NCBI RefSeq assembly: GCF_004010195.1
Contig: NC_057720.1
Location: 33,346,195-33,410,194, forward strand
DNA length: 64,000 nt
Direction: 5' to 3'
Origin: Chiloscyllium plagiosum
Lineage: Eukaryota
Below the pieces are notes generated by a model. That model ran no database searches. It was not told the DNA's origin and was given only the letters and a program-made list of their open reading frames with translations. Of this stretch, positions 13,137-24,024 are shown piece after piece. Positions within the stretch are counted from its first letter, which is position 1. Each line of letters opens with the position of its first letter. The translations under genes and the position numbers were made by a program.

Positions 13137-13261
13137 CCTGAAGAAGGGCTTATGCCCGAAACGTCGATTCTCCTGTTCCCTGGATGCTGCCTGACCTGCT
13201 GCGCTTTTCCAGCAACACATTTTTAGCTCTGATCTCCAGCATCTGCAGACCTCACTTTCTC
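13137..13261 (+). mobile_element. 125-bp single-arm pLTR insertion with intact hammerhead core (13138-13165)
   Basis: 13-bp TSD cccaaagaacctt at 13124-13136 and 13262-13274. Confidence 0.85.
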
Positions 13262-13899
13262 CCCAAAGAACCTTGGCTCTATCCTTTTTCTCATTTACAT
13301 GGTATCCTTCGCCAATATTATCACTAAACATTTCAGGATCCATATATCTGAAGCTGACTCCCAGCTCTATTACACCTCTTATCTCAACTCAAGCCCTGCC
13401 TTGAACTTGTCCCATTTTCTCTGGCATTTAATACTGGACGAGAAAAAAGTCCCTTCACCAAATATTGGAATGTTCAAGGTCATTGGACTGGATTTTTACT
13501 GAAGGCTAATGGTGAAATTAACAGTGCTCACTGTTCTGATAGTGTAAATCAGGTAGCAATATCCAGCAGATGCAAATGAGCAGCTAATAGCAGAAATCTG
13601 GAAACTGTTGCCAGTGATAATGTGCTCCACCAAAAGTATGGAAAAATTAATAAATAAGTATGTATAAGGGCATAAACTGACTCATCAACACTCCTATTAA
13701 AATTAACCGACAGAAACATATGTCAAAGGGACCCATCAAAACTGTGAAAAGAATCTTACAGAATCGACTGTCAAGATACCAATGTATTTAGAAGTCCTGC
13801 CTTTAAATCTTCGAAAAAATCTGGAGTATCTAAAATAATTTTCTTTCATATCTGCCTGCTTGTCAACATATTCTTCAGGTTTTTTTGTTAGTCGTGATT

Positions 13900-16530
13900 G
13901 TATTCAAGGATAGTACAATCAGGGGAATAGAGACTGTTCTCTGTGGCTAGGATCGAGAGTCCTGAAGGCTGTGTTGCCTGCCTGGAGCCCAGGTTCAGGA
14001 TCTTTCATCTGGGCTGCAGAGGAACTTAGAGTGGGAGTTGTAGGGGAAAGATCCTGTTTTCATTGTCATCATTTTTCACACAACAAACCACTGCTTCCCA
14101 CCCACCCACCATCCACTAGCCTTCCACCCCTTCCCATCCACAGCCCTAGGTATGTGATCCACCAGACAATGTTGTCATGATCCAAATAGATACCAGTGAT
14201 ATAGACAGAAAGAGGAAAGGGGTGCTGCTGAGGGAATATGAACAGCTCGGGGCTAAATTAGAAAGCAGAACCAAAAAGGGAGTAATCTCCACAATACAAC
14301 TTGAGCCATGAGCTAATTTGCATAGGGTCAACAAGACTAAAGAGAAAAATGCAGGTTCACAGAGGGAGAAATGGGTTCAAATTGACACCAGTACTGGGGA
14401 AGTAAGGAGCTGTTCCAATGGGACAGGCTCCACCTGAATCAGGCTGGGGCTAGGTGAATCTAGGACTGTGGATGGGAAGGGGTGGGAGGCTGGTGGGTGG
14501 GAAGCAGTGGTCAGTTGTGTGAAAAATTATGGCAAAGGTTAAAGGGGTGGAGGGCTACTCAGGAGAGGTTATTAGAGTTTCCAGAACAAGTAATATGACA
14601 GAGAGTATGGAAAGGGACAAGAATCTAAATTCGGACCCAGCAGATAAGGGGACAGTCAATGCAGGACTTAGGGTGTTGTATTTAAATGCACTCAGTATTT
14701 GAAACAAAGTAAGTGAGTTTGTAATGCAGACTGAAATTGGCTGGTATGATGTTGTGGGTATCACAAAGACATTCCTGCAAAAGGATCACGGCTGGGAACT
14801 AAATATCCAAAGGTACACGTCCTTACCGAAAGGACATGTAGATGGGCAGAGGGGCATTGTTACCTTGTTAGTAAGAAATAAAAATACAAATAGCAAGAAG
14901 TGATATAGAGTCAAGAGGCATAGAATCTGTGTGGATAATGTTAAGGAAACAATAAGGAACAAAAGCCTTGATGTACAGGCCTCCTAGCAGCAGTCAGGAT
15001 GTGGGACAGAAAAATAAATCAGGAAATTGAAAAGGTATGTAAGAAAGGCACTATTATAATAATCATGTGGGACTTAATATGCAGGTGGACTGAAAAAAAA
15101 AAATCAGACTGGTTGCGGATCTCAAAACAAGGAATTTGTGGATGTTTACGCGATGGTTTTTATGGAGCAGTTTGGAGCAGAGCAAACTAGGGAACAGGCA
15201 TTTCTGGATTGGATAGTCTGCAATAAGGCAGAATTGATTAGGGCGAAGGAACTCTTAGGGGGGAGTGACTATAATATAATAAAATTCACCCTGCAGTTTG
15301 AGAGACAGAAGTTAGAATTAGATGCAACGGTGATAGAATTGAGTAAAGGAGATTACAAAGACATGAGGGAGCACCTCATGTCTTTGTGGGCGGCACGGTG
15401 GCACAGTGGTTAGCACTGCTGCCTCGCAGCGCCAGAGACCCGGGTTCAATTCCCGACTCAGGCGACTGACTGTGTGGAGTTTGCACGTTCTCCCCGTGTC
15501 TGCGTGGGTTTCCTCCGGGTGCTCCGGTTTCCTCCCACAGTCCAAAGATGTGCAGGTTAGGTGAATTGGCCATACTAAATTGCCCGTAGTGTTAGGTAAG
15601 GGGTAAATGTAGGGGTATGGGTGGGTTTCGCTTCGGCGGGTCGGTGTGGACTTGTTGGGCCGAAGGGCCTGTTTCCACACTGTAATCTAATCTAATCTAA
15701 ACCTAGCCAGAGATGATTAAAGGGGAGCCCAGCAGTGAAGATGGTGGAGCAGCAATGGCAGGACTTTCAGGGAGTAATTCAGGAGGCACAGCAGAAATTC
15801 ATCTTCAAGAAGAAACATATTAAGGGAGGGACAAGGCAACCATAGCTGACAAGGGAGGTGGGGGGGAAGCTGCAGAATGACCTGGACAGGCTGAGAGTGG
15901 GCAAAGAAGTGGCAGATAGAATACAATGTGGAAATAAGTGTGAGGCATAGACTGTTTTCTAAGTGGGGAAAGGTTTTGGAAATCTGAAGCATAAGGCACT
16001 TGGGAGTCCTAGTTCAAGATTCTCTTTTGAGTTACATGCAAGCTCAGTTGATAGTCAGGAAGGAGTTCCAGAGGAGGTTTACAAGAGTGATTGCAGGGAT
16101 GAAAGGTTTGTCATATGAGGAGCAGATGAGGACTCTGCATCTGTACTTGATGGAGTTTAGAGGATGATGGGGGATCTGATTGAAACTTACAGAATACTGA
16201 AAGGCCCAGATAGAGTTGTCGTGAGGAAAATGTTTCCACTCGTAAGAGAGACTAGGACCCGAGGGCGCAGCATCAAGGTGAAGGGACTGCCCTTTAGAAA
16301 TGAAATGAGGAGGAATTTCTTCAGCCAGATGGTGGTGAGTCTGTTGAACTCATTGCTGTGGAGGCTAAGTCATTGAGTGCATTTAGACAGAGATAAATAG
16401 TTTCTTGATTAGTAAAAGGAGTAATTGTTACAGGGAAAAGGCAGGGGAATGGGGTTAAGAATCATATCATCCATGATTGAATGATGGAACACACTGAATG
16501 GGCCGAATGGTCTAATTCTGCTTCTCTGTC
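13900..16530 (+). mobile_element. Internally deleted CR1 (ORF1 esterase remnant, AP endonuclease remnant, 3' end), split by HE1
   Basis: Similarity to 40300-41800 (CLPGA, LNA.S, YRPP, GGSD.N motifs) and CR1 3' end at 16050-16530. Confidence 0.8.
15388..15700 (+). mobile_element. HE1-type SINE (young, CpG intact)
   Basis: Full head-to-tail copy with (ctaat)n tail. Confidence 0.92.
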
Positions 16531-16659
16531 CTTTTTGCTCACGTTTTTATTTTTGTTCAATCCTATTTCCCATTTCTCTGCTGATAGTTTTCAAACGTTT
16601 TAGCCAATGCTGGTTGTGAGCTACAATAAAAGGTGATGTATTGGAATAATCTGTGCAGG

Positions 16660-16749
16660 GCTGAAAATGTGTTGCTGGAAAAGCGCAGCAGGTCAGGCAG
16701 CATCCAGGGAACAGGAGAATCGACGTTTCGGGCATAAGCCCTTCTTCAA
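16660..16749 (-). mobile_element. 90-bp pLTR insertion (family A)
   Basis: 16-bp TSD gaataatctgtgcagg at 16644-16659 and 16750-16765; near-identical to the reverse complement of 13139-13228. Confidence 0.85.
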
Positions 16750-17258
16750 GAATAATCTGTGCAGGAACTCATATTATTATCCCTTCCTTCACTGTAAGGT
16801 GGTGTAGGGCAGGGTGCAAGTTCAATTAAACAGAAATGTATTTGTCTGGATCAGCAAGGTCAGAGTACGATATAATACAATTGTGATTAAATAAAGAGAT
16901 GAAGCCTCATAGAAAGGGAGATGCTGACATCTAGTGTCAAATAAAAATATTACAGTGTGGCACAGACATTTCTCTTTAATTGTTTGGAAATTCAAATTTA
17001 GCAGATGCCAATGTTAAGTACTCTGTGAAAAGCAACTGCAATTGCCAGAGGCTTCTTGAGTTACACCCTCCAGCACTGCTCCTACAGCTGCTAATTGGAT
17101 GATGAATTCTAGTTATATTAATTGTTTGAGAACATACAGTTGCTTGATTTGAGAATGTTTATGGGGCATATTGTGGAACCAGTGTTTAAGTGAGACAGAA
17201 TTTATGCTTTACTCCATTGGTCAGGTAACCATTTCAGATCTGTGCTAATAATACAATG

Positions 17259-18363
17259 TGTTATTATCTCAGCTGATATCATTACTGGCAAGATTAGAGT
17301 GGTGCTGGAAAAGCACAGCAGGTCAGGCAGCAGCGAGGAGCAGGAAAATCGAAAAGCCCTTCATCAGGAATGTTGATTTGCCTGCTCCTCAGATGCTGCC
17401 TGACCTGCTGTGCTTTTCCAGCACCACTCTAATCTTAATTCTGATCTCCAGCCTCTGCAGTCCTCACTTTCACCTGCCTGAACATGTCAAATCCCAGATT
17501 GAAACCTGGCATGATAGATCAAATTTTGTTTTTGTTTTAACAAGGCGACCTTTCACTGAAACATAAACATGCTAGGCAATAGATTTGGTTTTAAAAAAAC
17601 TCAAGATTTTATTATACACAAGCACTGAAGGTAAAATAGAATAAACCAAACCATTGACTTACAGCAAAAGTTTAAAGTTTTTGAAACATAAAGTAAAATA
17701 CAATCCAAAGAAAATCCCAAAAGCATTCCGTTGCGGTGCTTACACCAGTGAGAATTCCTTTCTCTATCACACATCGGGTTTGATTTAGATGCTTCAATTC
17801 CCAGTCCTCAGAAATTGAAAGCATCTTCCTTGAACTTTCATAAAACTGCACATAAACTTTCCCAGCTTCAAATAACTCCTTCATGGTTTTACATCTGACC
17901 TAGATCTTTAAAACTAAACTCCTTACACTTAAGTAATCTATTTTTAAACAATTTCACACTATCTCCCAGTAGTTAGGAACAACTGCCTTAGAGCACCCAA
18001 CTTCAGACAAGGCTTCTATGTAAAGACAAACTGAAACCCTAAAGCATTCTGCAAACTCTGGGCATTTTCCCTAATCAAAAAGAAAAAATAAAATTCTTTG
18101 ACTATCTACACTGAAAACCTAATTCACAGTTGCTTACTTTGCTCGTTCATAAAAACTTTTCCAAGTGTAAACAGATTCCCATTGCCCTCTGAGAACTCTA
18201 TTAGTCAACCTGTCTTCAAAAAGGAAATCACCATGGTTACAGAAATACTTACGAGTTAATCATTAAACCCCTTCAGGCCAGCAGACAAAACTACATGCCA
18301 TCAGCTCAAATTCAAACTCTAAAGTAAATAATATTAAGAGATAAATCAAACATCTTATATTAC
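17259..18363 (-). mobile_element. Possible solo LTR interrupted by a palindromic pLTR element
   Basis: TGT...ACA ends; AATAAA on minus strand near 17608; similarity to 9220-9295. Confidence 0.45.
17291..17478. mobile_element. Palindromic pLTR element (family A), ribozyme core partly deleted
   Basis: Arms 17291-17350 and 17383-17435 are reverse complements; unpaired tail follows. Confidence 0.8.
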
Positions 18364-19104
18364 AACTGTAGAATTTGGAAATCTGAAATTACAAATTAAA
18401 ATCAGATACAGATGAAAACATTTAGCTGGTTAGGGAGCTTCTCTGGAGAGACAGAGTCAATATTTCAGGTCAATTACTCTCCATCAGAATTGGGAAACAT
18501 TAGAAACATAATAAACCTTTCAGTGAGCAAAAGGAGGAAGGGGTGGAGGTTTGGTTGGGGGAAGAGAACAAATGGGAAGCTTTGTGATAGGAAGAGCAAG
18601 AGATTAAATGACAAAGGAATTGGTAGGACAAGGCTAAAAGGATATTATGGGGTAAGGAAAGAAACAAGTCTGTAGGAGGTGTGAATGGCAAAACAATACA
18701 CAAGAGCTATAAGAAAGCAAAAACAGAGGCAACACCAAAATAGGGATATGTGCCAAATGTAGGCAAATGACCTAGATTAGTTTGGGAAATCTAATTGGCA
18801 TGGATGAGTTGGACTAAGGGGTACGCTTCCATGTTTTATGACTCTATATGCAAAACAAAAGGAAAAGGATTGGGCATAGAGGCCATGGTCTGCAATTGTT
18901 GAACGTAATGTTGAAGTACAAGGTTATGTTTTCAGATGGTAAACAGATAATAATGATATTCTTGCTCTGGGCCCAATTTATGACATTAGTTATTTGTGCA
19001 CGAATCCTACTCAGCATTGCAGTCACACAATAGACTTGCACTTTTGTAGCAACCTTCATGACTACTGGACCATACAAGAGCTTTAATTGCAATGAAGTAC
19101 AGGC

Positions 19105-19920
19105 ATCACAAACCTCATTGAGTTTTTTGAGAAGGTGACCAAACATGTAGATGAGGCTAGGGCCGTTGACTGGGTGTACGTGGATTTCAGTAAGGTCTTT
19201 GATAAGCCACAGGGTAGGCTGATGGAGAAAATGCAGAGGCATGGAATTTAGCAGTTTGGATTAGAAACTGGTTTTCTGTAAGAAGGCAGTGAGTGGTGGT
19301 TGATGGAAAATATTCAGCCTGGAATCCGGTTACGAGTGGTGTGCCACAAGGATCTGTTTAGGGACCACTGCTGTTTGTCATTTTTTATAAATGACTTGGA
19401 CGCAGGCATAGGTGGATGGGTTAGTAAATTTGCAGGTGATACTGAAGTCGATGGAGTTGTGGACAATGTGGAAGAATGTTGCAGGTTGCAGGGGGACTTG
19501 GATAAACTGCAGAATTGGGCTGAGAGGTGGCAAATGGAGTTCAATGCAGCTAAATGTGAGGTGATGCACTTTGGGAAGAATAACAGGAAGGCAGAATACT
19601 GGGTCAATGGAAAGATTCTTGGTAGTGTGGATGTGCAGAAGGATCTTGAAGTCCATGTACATAGATCCCTGAAAGTTGCCATCCAGGTTGATAGTGCTGT
19701 TAAGAAAGCATATGATGTGTTAGGTTTTATTGGTAGAGGGACTGAGTTCCAGAGCCATAATATCATACTGCAACTATACAAAGCACTAGTGCGGCCGCAC
19801 TTGCAATATTGTGTACTGTTCTGGTCGCCCCATTACAGGAAGGATGTGGAAGCAATGGAAAATGTGCAGAGGAGATTTACCAGGATGCTGCCTGGTCTGG
19901 AGGGAAGGTCTTATGAGGTC
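19105..19920 (+). mobile_element. CR1 RT fragment, same subfamily as 6941-8052
   Basis: ORF 19300..19950 (FINDLD..SKFAGD..RPHLQYC); long identical stretches shared with 7390-7560. Confidence 0.9.
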
Positions 19921-20321
19921 TTACACACAGCTGCTACTGAGCATCGGTAATGGAGCAGGTGAATGCTTGTGGATGTACTGCCAATTGAGTGAGCTGCTTT
20001 GTCCTGGATGGTGTGAAGCCTCTTGAGTGTTGCTGGACCTGCACCCATTCAGACACGTAGGGAGTATTCCATCACTCTCATGACTTGTGCTTTGTAGATG
20101 ATGGAGAGGCTTTGGGGAGTCACATGGTGAGTTACTCACCGCAGTATTCCTTGCCTATGACCTGCTCTTGTAGCAACTGTGTTTATGTAGCAAGTCCAGT
20201 TGAGCTTCTGGTCCAGGGTAACACCAAGGATGTTGATAGTGGGGGATTCAGTGATGCTAACACCATTGAATGTCAGGGGGCAGTGGTTAGATTGTCTCTT
20301 AATGGAGATGAGAGCATTGTA

Positions 20322-20595
20322 TGGGCAGCACAATGGCTCAGTGGTTAGCACTACTGCCTCACAGCACCAGGGACATGGATTTGATTCCAGCCTCGGGCGA
20401 CAATCTGTGCAGAATTTGCACGTTCTTCCCACGTCGGCATGGGTTTCTCCCCGGGTGCTCTAGTTTCCTCCTACTGTCCAGAGATGTGCAGTTTAGGTGG
20501 ATTAGCTGTGGGAAAAGTAGCGGGGGGTGGGAGGATGCTCATTGGAGAGTCGGTGTGGACTTGATGGGTCAAATGACCTGTTTCTGCACTGTAGT
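20322..20595 (+). mobile_element. HE1-type SINE (diverged)
   Basis: Similarity to 15388-15700. Confidence 0.8.
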
Positions 20596-21118
20596 GAGTC
20601 TATTGCCTGGAATTTGTGTAGTGTGAATGTTATTTGCTCCTTGTCAGTTCAAGCCTGGATATCGTCCAGATCCTATGGCATTTGAACATGATCTATTTCA
20701 GTATCTGAGGGGTAGTGAATGGTACTGAATATGATGTAATCATCGACGAACATCCCCACTTCTGATCTTATGATGGTGGGAAGATCACGATTAAGCAGAT
20801 GGTTGGGTCTGAGACACTATCCTGAGGAACTCCTGTCGAGATATCCTGGCGCTGAGATGACGGACTTCCAACAATCACAACCATCTTCCTATGTATCAGG
20901 TATGACTCCAGCCAGCAGAGTTTGCCCCAATACCCATTGATTCCAATTTTTCTAAGACTCCTTGATGCTACATTGGTCAATGCAGTCTTAATGTCAAGGG
21001 CTGTCATGCTCATCTCACTTCTGGAATTTAGCTCTTTTGCCCATGTTCGAACTAAGGCTGGAATGAGATCAGGAGCTGAATGGCGCTGGCAGAATCCAAA
21101 CTGTGCTCCACAGAACAG

Positions 21119-21371
21119 AGTTAAAAATCACACAACACCAGGTTGTAGTTCAACAGGTTTACTTGGAAGTATTAGCTCTCAGAACGATGCTCATTCATCA
21201 GGTAATTAGTGGGACAGGCCCCACTATGATCCTGCCCCACTAGTTACCTGATGAAGGAGCAATGCTCTAAAAGCTAGTACTTCCAAATAAACTGGTTGGA
21301 CTATAACCTGGTGTTGTGTGATTTTTAACTTTGTCCATCCCAGTCCAACACCAGCACCTCTACATCATGTT
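21119..21371. mobile_element. Palindromic pLTR element (family B) with degenerate hammerhead cores
   Basis: Arms 21119-21222 and about 21230-21330; 10-bp TSD cacagaacag at 21109-21118 and 21372-21381. Confidence 0.85.
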
Positions 21372-22233
21372 CACAGAACAGTTATTGCTTGATAGCACTG
21401 ATAATGACACCTTCCATCACTTTACTGATGATCAACAGTAGATTAATGGGGTGATAATTGGCGGGGTTGAATTTGCCCTGCCTTTTGTGTACAGGACATA
21501 GCTGAGCAATTTTCCACGGTGTTGGGTAGATATACTGGAAGAGTTTGACTAGGGGAGTGGCAAAATCTGGAGCACTAGTCTTCAGTACTATTGCGAGAAT
21601 ACTGTTAGGGCCCAAAGCCTTTTCAGTGTCAACTACCTCCAACTATTTCTTGTCATGACATGGACTGAATCGAATTGGCTAAAGACTGGTATCTGTAATG
21701 TTGGGAACTGCTGGAGGAGACTGAGATGTATAATCTGTTTGACACTGCTGGTTGAAGATTGTCATGAATGCAAGTTTGAATTTGACATTTCCATTTAATC
21801 CCAAATTTCTTTCATGCCTTTGCCTAACAAAATGATCTGTCCACTCCAGCCTTAAAAATACTAAATTGCCCCCATCTCCAATGGCAGGAAGTTCTAAAGT
21901 TAGGTGATTCTCAGAAAAAAAATCTTATTTCTGTTCTAAAGGACTTATCTCCAATATTTTAACAGTGGCCTCTATTTCTGGACTCACCCACATCCTTTCC
22001 ATACCTACATTGATAGGATCATTTAGGATTGAATAAGCTTTAACCTAGACTCCTCTCATTCTTCTAAACTGCAGCGTAAACACACCTAGACAGCCCAACC
22101 TTTCCTCATGAGGCAACCCGCTCACTCAAATTGTCAACCTAATAAACCTCCTGAACCATCTCCAAAGCATTTACTTAAATAAGGAGCATAATAATGCACC
22201 TGTACTTAAGGTGTAGTCTCACATAAATTATGC

Positions 22234-22431
22234 AGTTACAAATCACATAACACAAGGTTACAGTCAACAGGTTTATTTGGGAGTGCAAGCTCCAGTACAT
22301 GAAGGGTTGCTACCTGATGAAGGAGCAGTGCTCTGAAAGCTTGTACTTCCAAATAAAGCTGGTGGACTATAACCTGGTGTTGTGTGATTTTTAACTTTGT
22401 CCAACCCAGTCGAACTCCAGCTCTTCCACAG
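22234..22431. mobile_element. Palindromic pLTR element (family B)
   Basis: Inverted arms; ctgatga-aggagcagtgctct-gaaa near 22314-22340; degenerate TSD cataaatNaNgcag. Confidence 0.75.
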
Positions 22432-22589
22432 CATAAATGAAGCAGAACATCCTTAGTTTACGTTTAATTTCTGTCATATCAAAGGATGTCATTCCATTAG
22501 CCTTTTTAATAAAAAGTAATTAATTATCATTCATGATTTAATTCAATCATGAATCACATTAGTGTGGAAAGAGGCCATTTGGCTTATCG

Positions 22590-24020
22590 ACCCTTTATTG
22601 GTCTTTCCTTTATTGGTCAGAGTATTGAGTACAGGAATTGGGAGGTCATATTGCAGCTGTACAGGACATTGGTTAGGCCACTTTTGGAATATTGTGTGCA
22701 ATTCTGGTCTCCTTCCTATCAGAAGGATGTTGTGAAACTTGAAAAGGTTCAGTAAAGATTTACAGGGATGTTGCCCATTAGTAAGTTTGCAGATGATACC
22801 AAAATTGGAGGTGTAGTGGACAACGAAGAAGGCTACCTCAGATTATAACAAGGTCTTGATCAGATGGGCCAATGGGCTGAGAAATGGCAGATGCAGTTTA
22901 ATTCAGAATAATGCAAGGTGCTGCATTTTGGGAAAGCAAATCTTCACAGGACTTATACACTTAATGGTAAGGTCCTCAGGAGTGTTACTGAACAAAGAGA
23001 CCTTGGAGTGCAGATTCATAGCTTCATGAAAGTGGAGTCGCAGGTAGATAGGATAGTGAAGGCGGCATTTGGTTTGCTTTCCTGTATTGGTCAAAGTACA
23101 GGAGTTGGGAGTTCATGTTGCGGCTGCACAGGACATTGGTCAGGCCGCTGTTGGAATATTGTGTGCAATTCTGGTCTCCTTCCTATTGGAAAGATGTTTT
23201 AGATTAGATTAGATTACAGTGTGGAAACAGGCCCTTCGGCCCAACAAGTCCACACCGACCCGCCGAAGCGCAACCCACCCATACCCCTACATTGACCTCT
23301 TACCTAACACTACGGGCAATTTAGTATGGCCAATTCACCTGGCCCTGCACATCTTTGTGACTGTGGGAGGAAACCGGAGCACCCGGAGGAAACCCACGCA
23401 GACACGGGGAGAACGTGCAAACTCCACACAGTCAGTCGCCTGAGGCGGGAATTGAACCCGGGTCTCAGGCGCTGTGAGGCAGCAGTGCTAACCACTGTGC
23501 CACCGTGCCGCCCACTGAAACTCGAAAGGGTTCAGAAAAGATTTACAAGGATGTTGCCAGGGTTGGAGGATTTGAGCTATAGGGAGAGGCTGAACAGGCT
23601 GGGACTGTTTTCCCTGGAGCGTCGGAGGCTGAGGGGTGACCTTATAGAGGTTTACAAAATCCTGAGGGGCATGGATAGGATAAATAGACAAAGTCTTTTC
23701 GCTGGAGTGGGGAAGTCCAGAACTAGAGGGTATAGGTTTAGGGTAAGAGGTGAAAGATATAAAAGAGACCTACGGTGCAACTTTTTCACATAGAGGGTGG
23801 TATGTGTATGGAATGAGCTGCCAGAGGAAGTGGTGGAGGCTGGTACAATTGCAACATTTAAGAGGCATTTGGATGGGTATATGAATAGGAAGTTTTTGAA
23901 TATGAATATGAATATGAATAGGTACTGGCACGTGGGACTAAATTGAGTTGAGATATCTGGTTGGCATGGATGGGTCATACCGAAGGGTCTGTTTCCATGT
24001 TGCACATCTCTATGACTCTA
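22590..24020 (+). mobile_element. CR1 RT/3' fragments (two pieces) with inserted HE1
   Basis: RPLLEYCVQFWSP occurs twice; SKFADD near 22780; catctctatgactctatg tail. Confidence 0.85.
23199..23513 (-). mobile_element. HE1-type SINE
   Basis: Reverse complement of 15388-15700 at high identity. Confidence 0.92.
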
Positions 24021-24024
24021 TGAG

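Larger units (their letters stand above)
19921..21770 (-). mobile_element. Older CR1/L2-group LINE fragments of a different family
   Basis: ORFs 21382..21642 (WKIAQLCPVHK..NPANYHPINLL..SKVME), 20768..21013 (GVPQDSV) and 20136..20432 (ILGVTLDQKLNW). Confidence 0.75.

Noticed and set aside
15388..15460. tRNA-like sequence with A and B boxes (also at other HE1 heads and 59930-60012)
   Set aside because: SINE heads continuing into SINE bodies, not tRNA genes
15318..15680. Recurrent ORFs CGRKPEHPEETHADTGRTCKLHT
   Set aside because: Translations of HE1 SINE copies
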